Positions 7,679 to 18,169 are shown, numbered from the stretch's first letter. The stretch is DNA of 50,924 bases from Candidatus Amesbacteria bacterium (GCA_016219445.1 JACRNA010000013.1:1-50924), one strand, 5' to 3'. Made by a program: numbers and translations. The notes: generated by a model not told the origin, from the sequence alone.

Positions 7679-8740
7679 ATGCGTACCGGATATTGGCTAT
7701 TAATATTGACTTTCATCTTGGTAGGATTTGGTGTAATCATGGTGGGAAATGCATCATTTGTCGATGCAGCAACTGACTTTGGCAACAAATGGTATTATCT
7801 GAGGTTTCAGGCACTCTGGGCAGTCCTGGGTTCAATTGCTTTATTTGTATCTCTTAAATTTCCTCTATCAAGACTGGAAAAATTAGGTCAAATTATGATA
7901 CTGAGTTGTCTTGGAATGTTAGTTCTCGTATTAATACCCGGAATTGGGACTAAATTACTTGGCGCTAGAAGATGGATAGGTATTGGCTTTGCCAGTTTTC
8001 AACCGGCAGAACTTACGAAGCTGGTAGTTATTATTTATCTGGCACGGCTGTTTACAAAAAGTGATTTTCAAGTTAAATATTTTATTTATGTAGTATTTGG
8101 AGTATTGGGCTTGGTAATGCTGGAGCCTGATATGGGAACTGCCATAATTATATTTCTAGTCAGTATGACAATGTATTTTATGAGTGGACACACTTTGAAA
8201 TTATTTTATTGGTTGGTGCCAATTTCAGTAATTGCCGGAATAATTCTCATTCTTGTCTTTCCCTACCGGTTTGACCGATTGAAGAGCTTCTTGGATGTGT
8301 CATCTGACCCACAGGGAAATTCTTATCATATCCGTCAGGCCTTGTTGGGCATTGGTTCTGGTGGAATTTGGGGGGTGGGATTTGGACAATCAAAGCAGAA
8401 ATACCAATTTTTGCCTGAAGTGACCACTGATTCGATATTTGCCGTCTTTGCAGAAGAGATGGGTCTGGTAGGTGGTATTACTTTGATTGGAACTTTTATG
8501 ACTCTGATATATCTAGGTCTAAAAACTTCCCAAAACGCCAAGAATAAATTTGAGAGCCTTGTTGCAGTAGGTATTTCTTCCTGGGTTGGCTGGCAGTTTA
8601 TTATCAATATTGCTGCCATGACAGCACTCGTTCCTCTGACTGGTATTCCCTTACCCTTTATCTCTTACGGTGGCTCTTCTCTTATTTTCCTCATGTCCGG
8701 CATGGGACTTCTAATAAACGTCGCCAGAAATTCTAGTTAG
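7679..8740 (+). CDS. ftsW: SEDS-family peptidoglycan polymerase FtsW
   Basis: FtsW/RodA/SpoVE hallmarks (QPAELTK, PDMGTA, LPEVTTDSIFA, GIPLPFISYGGSS). ATG at 7679, directly after the mraY stop. Confidence 0.9.
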   Translation: MRTGYWLLILTFILVGFGVIMVGNASFVDAATDFGNKWYYLRFQALWAVLGSIALFVSLKFPLSRLEKLGQIMILSCLGMLVLVLIPGIGTKLLGARRWIGIGFASFQPAELTKLVVIIYLARLFTKSDFQVKYFIYVVFGVLGLVMLEPDMGTAIIIFLVSMTMYFMSGHTLKLFYWLVPISVIAGIILILVFPYRFDRLKSFLDVSSDPQGNSYHIRQALLGIGSGGIWGVGFGQSKQKYQFLPEVTTDSIFAVFAEEMGLVGGITLIGTFMTLIYLGLKTSQNAKNKFESLVAVGISSWVGWQFIINIAAMTALVPLTGIPLPFISYGGSSLIFLMSGMGLLINVARNSS

Positions 8741-8742
8741 TA

Positions 8743-8772
8743 TCCCACCTCCGAGGTGGGAGACCTTTTTTT
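8743..8772 (+). terminator. intrinsic terminator after ftsW
   Basis: TCCCACC-TCCGA-GGTGGGA stem-loop followed by GACC and T7. Confidence 0.8.
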
Positions 8773-9039
8773 AAGAGGCAGTTAGAGAAATAACCATTTT
8801 ACTCTAATCATTCGTAGATTTATCGTCTGGTGGTGGGTTTTTTGCGAGAGAATCATAAATTCTTTTGCATTTCCCCCCCCAAAAATAAATTTCTAAGTCT
8901 TTTCCAACCGATCTCTTTAGTTTCTGAATCACCAGTTCCAATACTTGCTTGGATGAGTCGGCTTGCATCGACTAATTCTTGTCCCTTAGATGATTCCCCT
9001 ACCATTAGTGAATTATAACATCTGTATAATAGTATAGGC

Positions 9040-10065
9040 ATGAAGACACTGGTGTTTACTGGGGGGCATCATACGGGCGCTTTGGAAGTGGCCAAGATTT
9101 TGAAAAGAAAAGGCTGGAGGATTGTTTGGTTTGGTCACCGGCACAGTATGTGGAATGATACTTCTGATTCGGTCGAATACAAAGAAGTGACAGAAGCTGG
9201 TATTGAATTTCACGATTTATTGGCTGGAAAATTTTACAAAACTTATAATCCCTTGAAACTGATCAGAATTCCATGGGGATTTATACAAGCATTTTATTTG
9301 TTGATGAAAGCTAAACCTACAGGCATTGTTTCTTTTGGTGGTTATTTGGCCGTACCAACAGTAATAATAGGTTGGCTCCTTGGAATTCCGAGTATCACTC
9401 ATGAACAGACGATTACCCAAGGCTGGGCAAACAAGGTTATTTCCAGATTTGTAAAAAAAGTTGCATTAACCTGGCCAGGAGATAAGGGAATCGTCGTGGG
9501 ATTACCATTGCGTATGGAAATTTTAGAAGCCAAAAAAAGACTTTTAAAAAAACCACTACTTTTTATTACTGGTGGAAAACAAGGAGCCGTCACTATAAAT
9601 AGAGTGGTATTCGAAGCGTTGCCAAAGTTACTTAAAAAATATGATATTCTTCACCAAGTGGGAAACAATACCGAGTATGGCGATTGGCAGACTGCCCGAC
9701 AAATTAAATTAACAGGTTATAAATGTGTCGAGTATTTGAAGGCCTCTGATCAAGCCCAGGCTTTGGTAGATGCCAGTATCGTCATATCCAGGTCTGGCGC
9801 ACATATAATTTATGAATTGGGTTTTTTGACCCAAAAATGTGTCTTGATTCCTATTCCTTGGGTTTCTCACAATGAACAATATTTAAACGCAAAATTACTA
9901 GAAGAATCTGGCAACGCCATAATATTGGCCCAAGACAAGCTCAATTCTTCCTCACTCAATGCTGCTATTGCCCAAGCGCGGCTGCTTAAACCACAAAAGA
10001 TGGTTTTGGTTTCTGACTCAAGTGAGAGAATGGTCAAGCTTATAGAAACGGAATTTGGAGCATGA
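9040..10065 (+). CDS. murG: lipid II-forming UDP-GlcNAc transferase MurG
   Basis: GT28 layout: N-terminal TGGHHTGAL glycine loop, GGKQGA, and SRSGAHIIYEL. Confidence 0.9.
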   Translation: MKTLVFTGGHHTGALEVAKILKRKGWRIVWFGHRHSMWNDTSDSVEYKEVTEAGIEFHDLLAGKFYKTYNPLKLIRIPWGFIQAFYLLMKAKPTGIVSFGGYLAVPTVIIGWLLGIPSITHEQTITQGWANKVISRFVKKVALTWPGDKGIVVGLPLRMEILEAKKRLLKKPLLFITGGKQGAVTINRVVFEALPKLLKKYDILHQVGNNTEYGDWQTARQIKLTGYKCVEYLKASDQAQALVDASIVISRSGAHIIYELGFLTQKCVLIPIPWVSHNEQYLNAKLLEESGNAIILAQDKLNSSSLNAAIAQARLLKPQKMVLVSDSSERMVKLIETEFGA

Positions 10066-10424
10066 AAAAAATAATTATCACAAGTGTATTTGCCATACTG
10101 ATTGTTTCGTTTGTGATTGGAAAATTACTGACGATGCCTGCAAAAAATGTACAAAAAAAGATCGTTTTATCAAATCCCACAGATTTATATTTGACAAAAT
10201 TGTCAGCTCTCGCACCCGTCCTACCAAATTCAGATTTGCAAAAAGGTGTGCTTACTGCTACTCTATCACCAGGTCTCACCATAATCTTGGATATTGAGAA
10301 CCCCAAAGAAAATTGGGAGACTACTTTACAATCGATTTTAAATCGAAGTAAAATAACAGGTGAATCGCCCAAAATTATAGATATGAGATTTAAATCACCA
10401 ATCATCACTTATGGCCAAAAATAG
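10062..10424 (+). CDS. small membrane protein in the ftsQ/divIB position
   Basis: 120 aa with one N-terminal TM helix, between murG and ftsA with overlaps on both sides. It is too short for a canonical POTRA-containing FtsQ. Confidence 0.4.
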   Translation: MKKIIITSVFAILIVSFVIGKLLTMPAKNVQKKIVLSNPTDLYLTKLSALAPVLPNSDLQKGVLTATLSPGLTIILDIENPKENWETTLQSILNRSKITGESPKIIDMRFKSPIITYGQK

Positions 10425-11658
10425 ATTAATAGCAGCAATCGACGTCGGAAGCTCCAAAATAGTGACCCTCTTGGGGCAACTTCGAGAGGATAGTCCAGAT
10501 AAAGTTCATGTGGTGGGCGTATCGTCGGTGCCTTCAAGAGGAATCCGAAAGGGACAAGTTGTAAATATAGATGAAGCAGTAACTACTATCACTAGCTCAG
10601 TAGAAGCAGCCGAACGAATGGCAGGATTCAATCTTTCTAAAGTTTATATTTCCGTCGATGGGGCGCATATCTCATCCCAAAATAGCCAGGGTGTCGTAGC
10701 AGTCAGTGAACCACATGGGGAAATAAACTCGGAGGATGTCAGAAGAGTATTGGATGCTGCCAGAGCGATTTCTCTTCCGGCAGCAATTGAAATATTGCAT
10801 GTTATTCCCAGAACTTTTACAGTCGACGGGCAAGAGGGTATAAAAGATCCGATTGGTATGACCGGTGTCCGACTGGAAGCCGGAACCCATATTGTCACTG
10901 GATCAACGACAGCTATCAAAAATCTCCAAAAGTGTATCTCTGAAGTTGGATGCGATATAAGTTCATTAGTATTTGCCGGGCTTGCATCCAGTGAAGCAGT
11001 CCTTACAGATACAGAACGTGAACTGGGCGTAGTATTAGTAGATATAGGTTCTGGTACGACCGATATTGCAGTATTCCTAGAAGGATCTCTGTCTTATTCG
11101 GCAGTCTTGCCGGTAGGCGCCAAAAATGTTACAAACGATTTGGCTATTGGACTTAGAATTTCATTAGAAAGTGCAGAAAAAATAAAAGTCTTTTTGGAAA
11201 AAATAAATATAAAAGACAAGGATGAAGATGTGGACATATCTTCTTTGGAACTACCAGAAGAAATTAAGACTATCTCATATAGGACATTGGTTGAGGGCAT
11301 TATCAGACCCCGTCTCAATGAAATATTTCAGGTAATCGGGGCCGAACTGAAAAAAACAAACTTGGCAGGTCTTACTCCGGCAGGTCTGGTCTTGTGTGGT
11401 GGAGGATCAATGACAGTAGGCGCAGTCGAAAGCGCAAAGCGAATACTATCGATCCCAGTTAGAGTCGGGTATCCGACTGGAGTTACCGGTTTGATTGATG
11501 AAATAGAAAGTCCGGCTTTCGCCTCAAGTGTAGGCTTACTTCGATTTGGAAGTCGGGATATGGAAAGCGGAAGTAGTAGTGCTGGTTGGATGGACAAAAT
11601 GCCCCTAAAAAGTAGTCTTGGAAAACTGGGGGATTTACTTAAGTCTTTACTACCGTAA
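10411..11658 (+). CDS. ftsA: cell division protein FtsA
   Basis: Actin-fold motifs (IDVGSSK, DIGSGTTD, CGGGS) and a position immediately before ftsZ. Confidence 0.93.
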   Translation: MAKNRLIAAIDVGSSKIVTLLGQLREDSPDKVHVVGVSSVPSRGIRKGQVVNIDEAVTTITSSVEAAERMAGFNLSKVYISVDGAHISSQNSQGVVAVSEPHGEINSEDVRRVLDAARAISLPAAIEILHVIPRTFTVDGQEGIKDPIGMTGVRLEAGTHIVTGSTTAIKNLQKCISEVGCDISSLVFAGLASSEAVLTDTERELGVVLVDIGSGTTDIAVFLEGSLSYSAVLPVGAKNVTNDLAIGLRISLESAEKIKVFLEKINIKDKDEDVDISSLELPEEIKTISYRTLVEGIIRPRLNEIFQVIGAELKKTNLAGLTPAGLVLCGGGSMTVGAVESAKRILSIPVRVGYPTGVTGLIDEIESPAFASSVGLLRFGSRDMESGSSSAGWMDKMPLKSSLGKLGDLLKSLLP

Positions 11659-11710
11659 ACTTGGCTGATACAATCAGCACTATCTCCTGCCCAAAGTTTA
11701 ATTTATATTT

Positions 11711-12877
11711 ATGGCATTAGTAAAACCAGACGTAGGCAGGCTCGCAAAAATAAAGGTAATTGGTGTGGGTGGTGGCGGTGGCAACGCTCTAAACTCGATG
11801 ATCAATTCTCAGACGATAGGTGGTGTCGAATTTATTGCGGTCAATACCGATGCCCAAGTCTTACTGACAAATCTCGCCGCTACCAAGCTTCAAATTGGTG
11901 ATAATCTGACACGGGGCTTGGGGGCAGGGGGCAATCCTGAGGTCGGAGCACAAGCGGCAGAAGAGTCCCGCGAAAAGATCAAAGAATATTTGGTCGATTC
12001 GGATATGGTCTTTATTACAGCCGGAATGGGTGGTGGGACGGGGACTGGAGCTGCCCCAGTCATTGCTGAGATTGCCCGAGAACTTGGTGCATTGACTGTA
12101 GCCATTGTTACCAAACCATTTGCCTTTGAAGGAGCCAGGCGCATGGTCAATGCCGAAGATGGAGTAGAAGCCCTCAAAGGTAAAGTAGATACGCTTATTG
12201 TCATTCCAAATCAAAGACTTCTTGATGTAGTCGATCGCAAGATGACACTGCTTGAAGCCTTTAGAATTGCAGACTCGGTCCTCACCCAAGGGGTTCAGGG
12301 AATTTCAGACATTATCACCCAGCCAGGACTAATAAATGTCGATTTTGCCGATGTCAAAGCTATCATGAAAGATGCCGGATCATCCCTGATGGGAATTGGG
12401 AATGGAGTAGGAGACAATCGAGCTCAAATGGCGGCCAGAGCTGCTATTTCTTCTCCGCTTCTTGAAGTTTCAATTGAAGGTGCCAAAGGTGTCTTGTTTA
12501 CTGTGACAGGTGGACCAGATATGACCATGACCGAGGTCGACGAAGCAGCCAAAATTATAGCTGAGGCGGCTGACGCTGATGCCAACATTATTTTTGGTGC
12601 TGCCATTGTGGACAAAATGGTCGATCAGATGAAAATTACCGTCATTGCTACCGGTTTTGATGAGACACGGGCAAGATTATCCAATTTGGTCAGCCGCAAC
12701 CGTCCTCAGATTCAAATGACGGGATTGGTTAGTGAAAAAAGACCAGTAGTCGAAAAAGTCGAACATAAAGATGCTGATGTTCCAGAAGATCAGGATACCG
12801 TGGATTTGAATCCCTCAGATACTTCACCGTCTCATGATTCCTGGGACATTCCCGCCTTCTTGAGACAAAAGCGTTAA
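11711..12877 (+). CDS. ftsZ: cell division GTPase FtsZ
   Basis: GVGGGGGNA tubulin signature, [10 protein letters not shown], and the C-terminal DIPAFLR tail. Confidence 0.97.
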   Translation: MALVKPDVGRLAKIKVIGVGGGGGNALNSMINSQTIGGVEFIAVNTDAQVLLTNLAATKLQIGDNLTRGLGAGGNPEVGAQAAEESREKIKEYLVDSDMVFITAGMGGGTGTGAAPVIAEIARELGALTVAIVTKPFAFEGARRMVNAEDGVEALKGKVDTLIVIPNQRLLDVVDRKMTLLEAFRIADSVLTQGVQGISDIITQPGLINVDFADVKAIMKDAGSSLMGIGNGVGDNRAQMAARAAISSPLLEVSIEGAKGVLFTVTGGPDMTMTEVDEAAKIIAEAADADANIIFGAAIVDKMVDQMKITVIATGFDETRARLSNLVSRNRPQIQMTGLVSEKRPVVEKVEHKDADVPEDQDTVDLNPSDTSPSHDSWDIPAFLRQKR

Positions 12878-12879
12878 AC

Positions 12880-12888
12880 TGGTAGAAT
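12880..12888 (+). promoter_or_regulatory. extended -10 candidate TGgTAGAAT placed 6 nt before the ileS ATG
   Basis: TG at 12880-12881, TAGAAT at 12883-12888, N6, ATG at 12895. No SD. Confidence 0.45.
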
Positions 12889-12894
12889 TAAACA

Positions 12895-15729
12895 ATGTTT
12901 AAGGCAGTGGTACAAAATGTGGATTTTGTGGAAATAGAAAAGAAGCTTTTGGTTTGGTGGTATGAAAGCGGAATCGTCAGTAAATATTTGGCCAAGAATA
13001 ACAAGTCTAAGTCTAAGTTTAGTTTTCTGGATGGACCGATTACAGCCAACAATCCTATGGGGGTTCATCATGCCCGTGGACGCACATATAAGGACCTATG
13101 GCAAAAATATCACACCATGAAGGGGGACGCCGGCCGGTATCAAAATGGATTTGATTGCCAAGGACTGTGGATAGAGGTTGAAGTAGAAAAAGAACTAGGA
13201 TTCAAATCCAAAAAAGATATCGAAACCTATGGTGTAGCCAATTTTGTAAACAAATGCAAAGAGCGTGTATTGAAATATTCTGCTATCCAGACAGAGCAGA
13301 CAAAGAGACTGGGAAACTTTATGGATTGGGATAATTCATACTTTACCATGTCTGATGAAAATAATTATGCAATATGGAAATTCCTCAAGGTTTGTCATGA
13401 GAAAGGTTGGCTTTACAAAGGTCATGAATCTATCCCTTGGTGTCCCAGGTGTGAGACAGCAATATCCCAGCATGAAATATTGACCGAGACATATAAAGAA
13501 ACCGTTCATGAATCTGTATATCTCAAATTGCCAATTGTTGAGAGAGAAAACGAGTATTTATTGATTTGGACGACTACCCCATGGACAATTCCTGCCAATA
13601 TTGCAGTTGCAGTAGATGAAAAACTGGAGTATGCATTGGTCGAAAACATGTGGGTAGCATTAGGAGCTGTAGAAAGATTGTTTGATAAAGCTGAAATCGT
13701 CAAAAAATGTCTCGGTAAAGAACTTGTTGGTCTAAAATATCAAGGACCCTTCGATAATTTACCGGCTGTATTAGAAGTTTCCTCTGATCCAAAGTTTCAT
13801 ACAATCATTGCAACTGATAATCAGATAATGCCAATTACTACAGGAGAAGGAACAGGTTTGGTACATACAGCTGTTTCTGCTGGTGAAGAAGACTTCAAGT
13901 TGGGTCGTAAGTTTGATTTGCCAATGATTCCGGTTATAGCTGATAATGCTGACTATTTTGATACCATGGGTTTTTTGTCTGGGAAAAATGCAAAAAAGCA
14001 TCCTGAATTGATTTTGGATTATTTAAAATCTGAGCACTGGGCATTGCGTACTGAACATTATAAACACAGATATCCCGGTTGTTGGCGTTGTGGCACCGAG
14101 CTTGTCTGGAAGGTAGCGGACGAGTGGTACATAGCTATGGATACAAAAGATGATACGGGTAAAACTCTCAGGCAGCAGATGGTAAAGGTCACTAAAAAAA
14201 TTCATTGGCTACCGGATTTTGGGATGGAACGTGAATTAGATTGGTTAAAAAATATGCACGATTGGCTGATTTCCAAAAAGAACCGGTACTGGGGGTTAGC
14301 TTTACCAATTTATGAGTGTACAAAATGTGGGAATTTTGAAGTAATTGGTGGTCGAGAAGAATTAAAGCTACGAGCTGTACTGGGTTTCGATAAATTTGAA
14401 GGTAATACTCCACACAAGCCTTGGATTGATGAGGTAAAAATAAAATGTGCGAAATGTGGAGAAATGGTGAATAGAATTAATGATGTAGGCAATGTGTGGT
14501 TAGATGCCGGAATTGTATCTTTATCAACTATGCCGGATGATTGGTTTCCAGCTGATTTTATTACAGAGTGTTTTCCAGGTCAATTTAAAAACTGGTTTTA
14601 TTCGCTTATAGTGATGAGTACAGTATTGAAAAGAGAATTACCCTCAAAAAATATATTTGGCTTTGAAAGTGTGGTCGGGGAAGATGGACGTCCGATGCAT
14701 AAGTCCTGGGGGAATGCCATTGAATTTAATCAAGCAGCAGATACCATAGGCTCTGATGTGATGCGATGGATGTATTCAAAGCTTGGTGCTTCTGACATAA
14801 TGAGATTTGGATTCAAAAAAGCCGATGAAACGAGGCGTCAATTTCATCTGATTTTTTGGAATGTCTACAACTTCTTTGTCACATACGCAAACCTAGATCA
14901 ATTTGATCCGAAATTGAAAATTGAAAATTCTAAATTGAAAATTTTGGATCTGTGGATCTTAGCTAGGTTAAATCAAACGATTAAACTGGTAACTTTATCA
15001 CTTGATAACTTTGATGCTTTTTCTGCAACTCATGCTATTGAAGATTTGGTAAGCGATATATCACTTTGGTACGTCCGTAGATCACGCGACCGTGTAGGAT
15101 CCACGGCTCTTGATAATGATGATAAAACGGCTTGTCACTCCACTCTCTACACACTACTCACAATTCTTTCCCAACTGATGGCTCCTTTTATGCCCTACAT
15201 GACAGAAGAAATTTACAAAAATTTGACAGGTGAAGAATCGGTTCATTTGTCAACATGGCCAGAGTTCCAAAAAATAAATAACTCCGATATCCAATTGATT
15301 GAAGAAATGAAATTAGTCAGGAAAATTGTGGAATTGGGATTGGCTCAGAGAAAACTTGCTAATATTAAAGTTCGTCAACCATTACGAAAAATAGTGCTAA
15401 GTGCTAAGTGCAAAGGGCTGGGTGAAGAACTGTATCAATTAATAAAGGATGAATTAAATATTAAAGAAATTGAATTTAATAAAATTTTGGAACTTACCGT
15501 CGAATTAGACACAAAATTAGATGACGAGCTTATCGCTGAAGGGAAATTGCGAGAACTGATGCGGCAGATTCAAGATAAACGCAAAGAATTGGGGGCAAGG
15601 CTTGATCAAAAAATTGATTTGACAATTACTGAAGATCTAGATGATAAATATAAATTAGAACTTCGCCGTCAGACATTGGCTGAAAACTTAAATGTGGGAT
15701 CAGAATTTGAAGTACAATTGGTAGGATGA
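12895..15729 (+). CDS. ileS: isoleucine--tRNA ligase
   Basis: Class I aaRS with TTTPWTIPANIAVAV, WCPRCETAISQHE, a zinc-knuckle CWRCG and a KMSKS-like PMHKSWGN. Confidence 0.88.
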   Translation: MFKAVVQNVDFVEIEKKLLVWWYESGIVSKYLAKNNKSKSKFSFLDGPITANNPMGVHHARGRTYKDLWQKYHTMKGDAGRYQNGFDCQGLWIEVEVEKELGFKSKKDIETYGVANFVNKCKERVLKYSAIQTEQTKRLGNFMDWDNSYFTMSDENNYAIWKFLKVCHEKGWLYKGHESIPWCPRCETAISQHEILTETYKETVHESVYLKLPIVERENEYLLIWTTTPWTIPANIAVAVDEKLEYALVENMWVALGAVERLFDKAEIVKKCLGKELVGLKYQGPFDNLPAVLEVSSDPKFHTIIATDNQIMPITTGEGTGLVHTAVSAGEEDFKLGRKFDLPMIPVIADNADYFDTMGFLSGKNAKKHPELILDYLKSEHWALRTEHYKHRYPGCWRCGTELVWKVADEWYIAMDTKDDTGKTLRQQMVKVTKKIHWLPDFGMERELDWLKNMHDWLISKKNRYWGLALPIYECTKCGNFEVIGGREELKLRAVLGFDKFEGNTPHKPWIDEVKIKCAKCGEMVNRINDVGNVWLDAGIVSLSTMPDDWFPADFITECFPGQFKNWFYSLIVMSTVLKRELPSKNIFGFESVVGEDGRPMHKSWGNAIEFNQAADTIGSDVMRWMYSKLGASDIMRFGFKKADETRRQFHLIFWNVYNFFVTYANLDQFDPKLKIENSKLKILDLWILARLNQTIKLVTLSLDNFDAFSATHAIEDLVSDISLWYVRRSRDRVGSTALDNDDKTACHSTLYTLLTILSQLMAPFMPYMTEEIYKNLTGEESVHLSTWPEFQKINNSDIQLIEEMKLVRKIVELGLAQRKLANIKVRQPLRKIVLSAKCKGLGEELYQLIKDELNIKEIEFNKILELTVELDTKLDDELIAEGKLRELMRQIQDKRKELGARLDQKIDLTITEDLDDKYKLELRRQTLAENLNVGSEFEVQLVG

Positions 15730-16751
15730 AAAGAATTGATTGGTGGTTAATATTACCGGTACTGTTTTTACTTTCAATAAGCCTTTTGATATTGAGAAGT
15801 ACTACACTAAATGTCTTCTGGGTTCAGATGAGTTTTGTAAGTGTAGGGATAGTTACCTGGCTTATTGTTTCAAGCATTGACTACAAAATATTTATGGCCT
15901 TTTGGGCATGGGGATTTATATTGTCAATTGTTTTATTAATTTTGCCGATTGTCTTTGGAAATTATGTCCGTGGCTCGTACAGATGGATTTCACTGGGTCC
16001 AGTTCTTGTCCAGACTTCCGAAATAGTCAAACCAATCTTACTAATATTTGTAGCCATGGGTCTTCGTAAGTGGTACTCTTGGTTAGTTTTGCTCCCGCTA
16101 TTTATGATCTGGAGACAGCCAGACTTGGGTTCAATGCTTGTTTTATTATCGGGGGTATTTTTTATGTTTGTCTCGCGGTACTCATTTAAAAAAGTACTTC
16201 CTTGGGTTTTTGGATCCTTGATAATTGTGGGGCTCACAGCACAATTATTTCTGCATGGATATCAAAAAGAACGCCTGACTTCTTTCTTCAATCCCTATTC
16301 AGACCCACTAAATAATGGATATCATGTCATTCAGTCTGTCATTGCAGTTGGATCCGGTGGCATATGGGGAAGGGGATTGGGGCGAGGAACGCAGTCACAG
16401 TTACGATTCTTACCAGAGCATCATACCGATTTTATATTTGCGACTACAGCAGAAGAACTAGGGTTTGCAGGAAGTATTTTGATCTTGATTCTCTACTTTG
16501 TTATTTTGTGGCGAATTTATATTTTGTCAAAACTCGCCACAAATCAACCCGATATTTTGTTTGTACAAGGAGTATTAAGTATGCTTACATTCCAGATATT
16601 TGTCAATATCGGGATGAATATAGGGCTTGCCCCAGTGACGGGTATTACCTTGCCTTTTTTGTCATACGGAGGTTCGTCAATCGTGGCTTTGATGATCACT
16701 TTTGGCATCTTGCAGTCTATCTCTTCCCAAATAGGCAACAAACAGGTATAA
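15726..16751 (+). CDS. rodA: SEDS-family peptidoglycan polymerase RodA
   Basis: Second FtsW/RodA/SpoVE paralogue (QPDLGS, LPEHHTDFIFA, GITLPFLSYGGSS). Confidence 0.85.
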   Translation: MKRIDWWLILPVLFLLSISLLILRSTTLNVFWVQMSFVSVGIVTWLIVSSIDYKIFMAFWAWGFILSIVLLILPIVFGNYVRGSYRWISLGPVLVQTSEIVKPILLIFVAMGLRKWYSWLVLLPLFMIWRQPDLGSMLVLLSGVFFMFVSRYSFKKVLPWVFGSLIIVGLTAQLFLHGYQKERLTSFFNPYSDPLNNGYHVIQSVIAVGSGGIWGRGLGRGTQSQLRFLPEHHTDFIFATTAEELGFAGSILILILYFVILWRIYILSKLATNQPDILFVQGVLSMLTFQIFVNIGMNIGLAPVTGITLPFLSYGGSSIVALMITFGILQSISSQIGNKQV

Positions 16752-16759
16752 TTTGGCAC

Positions 16760-17062
16760 ATGCAAGCTGTAGTATTAATAGGTAAGTCACAATACCTGAT
16801 TTCCGAAGGCGATATTCTGGAAGTAGATTCGGGACAAGGTGTGACCAAGATCTTGATGATTATTGATGGGGATAATGTAGTTGTGGGTGATCCTGAAGTC
16901 AAAGGCGCCTCTGTCAAGACAAAAGTTTTGGGTGAAACTAAGGGTGATAAATTGAGAGTCGCGACATTCAAAGCCAAAACTAGACACAGGAGAGTAATTG
17001 GTTTTAGAGCAAAATATACTAAATTATCTATAGAAAGAATTAAATTTTCACATAGGTCTTGA
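16760..17062 (+). CDS. rplU: 50S ribosomal protein L21
   Basis: MQAVVLIGKSQYLISEGDIL...RHRRVIGFRAKYTKL. Only the last 100 codons of the 232-aa track ORF are the real gene. Confidence 0.93.
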   Translation: MQAVVLIGKSQYLISEGDILEVDSGQGVTKILMIIDGDNVVVGDPEVKGASVKTKVLGETKGDKLRVATFKAKTRHRRVIGFRAKYTKLSIERIKFSHRS

Positions 17063-17087
17063 CAGATTGTGAAAATAATAGTAAATT
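17059..17087 (+). promoter_or_regulatory. sigma70-type promoter candidate TTGACA-N17-TAAATT, 6 nt before the rpmA ATG
   Basis: TTGACA at 17059-17064, TAAATT at 17082-17087, ATG at 17094. Confidence 0.5.
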
Positions 17088-17093
17088 TATAAA

Positions 17094-17339
17094 ATGGCGC
17101 ATACGAAAACTGGCGGAGCCACGAGACAACAAGGAAATAGAAGAGGAAAACGTTTGGGTGTTAAGTTGTTTGGTGGGGAAAAAGTAAAAGTCGGAAATAT
17201 TCTAGTTCGTCAAAAAGGCAGTACGTTTCATGCAGGTAATGGTGTAAAAACGGGACGTGATTATACCCTCTACGCTATTAAAGAGGGTGTTATTAAATTT
17301 ATTCGTCGCTTGGGTCGACAATTTGTAACCGTAGTATAA
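17094..17339 (+). CDS. rpmA: 50S ribosomal protein L27
   Basis: MAHTKTGGATRQQGNRRGKRLGVK...RQKGSTFHAGNGV. Confidence 0.95.
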   Translation: MAHTKTGGATRQQGNRRGKRLGVKLFGGEKVKVGNILVRQKGSTFHAGNGVKTGRDYTLYAIKEGVIKFIRRLGRQFVTVV

Positions 17340-18169
17340 TGGACAACCAACAAGTCATTAATCTCGACATTAATCAACTTCAACCAAATCCGTTGCAACC
17401 TCGCGGTACAGTTTCCCCAGAATCATTGGTAGACCTTGTCGATTCTATCCGTGCACATGGAATATTGGAGCCACTAGTCATTGCCAAGACTCCAGCTGGA
17501 TATCAAATAATTGCAGGTGAGCGTCGTTGGCGGGCGTCAAAACTGGCAGGGCTGAAGACAGTACCTACAATAATCAAAGAAACCTCACCTCAAGGTATGC
17601 TAGAAATGGCAATAGTCGAAAATGTCCAAAGATCTGACTTAAATCCGATAGACAGAGCCAAAGCATTTAGAAGACTCATGGAAGAATTTGCTTTGCAAAA
17701 TAATGAAATAGCAACCCGTGTTGGAAAAAGCCCGTCCTATGTCAGTAATTCATTACGCTTGCTCGAATTACCAGACGCTCTAAAAGACGGATTATTGACA
17801 GGCCTGATTACTGAAGGACATGCAAGAGCATTGGCTGCAATTGAGGACACAAAAGCCATGGTGGAGGCTTACAAGATAGTATTAAAAGAGCATGCCTCAG
17901 TCAGACGAACCGAAGATTTGGCTCGAAGAATGAGATCACAAATGGGAAATGCGCCAAAGGGCTTGGGAGTCGGTCCTGCTCCACATATTATTTCCGAAGA
18001 GGTAGACCGAATGCGCGATGCTATTGAAAAAGTATTGGTCTCAATGGGAACTACTCAAGTCAAACTTTCAAGGTCTCGAGTCGAAACCAGAATTACATTG
18101 GTTCTAAAAGGCGATCTTGAAGAAACAGAAAGTAGATTGCAAAAGATTTATAAAGGAATAGTCGAATAA
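17339..18169 (+). CDS. parB: ParB/Spo0J-family partition protein
   Basis: LQPNPLQPR, the GERRWRAS arginine patch, and an HTH region. Confidence 0.9.
   Translation: MDNQQVINLDINQLQPNPLQPRGTVSPESLVDLVDSIRAHGILEPLVIAKTPAGYQIIAGERRWRASKLAGLKTVPTIIKETSPQGMLEMAIVENVQRSDLNPIDRAKAFRRLMEEFALQNNEIATRVGKSPSYVSNSLRLLELPDALKDGLLTGLITEGHARALAAIEDTKAMVEAYKIVLKEHASVRRTEDLARRMRSQMGNAPKGLGVGPAPHIISEEVDRMRDAIEKVLVSMGTTQVKLSRSRVETRITLVLKGDLEETESRLQKIYKGIVE

Noticed and set aside
8830-9041. Two overlapping 62-codon ORFs in the ftsW-murG spacer, possibly a remnant of a lost mur gene.
   Set aside because: I could not recognise any Mur-ligase or other motif. They are mutually antisense, so at most one could be real.
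9025-9042. TATAAT at 9025-9030 as a leaderless-type promoter for murG.
   Set aside because: Spacing to the ATG is 9 nt, there is no TG extension at the right position and no -35. It is plausible but weaker than the other cases, so it is not listed as a feature.
16364-17062. A 232-aa track ORF overlapping the rodA 3' end.
   Set aside because: Only the last 100 codons (from the ATG at 16760) are L21. The upstream part is an out-of-frame read through rodA with no protein-like features.
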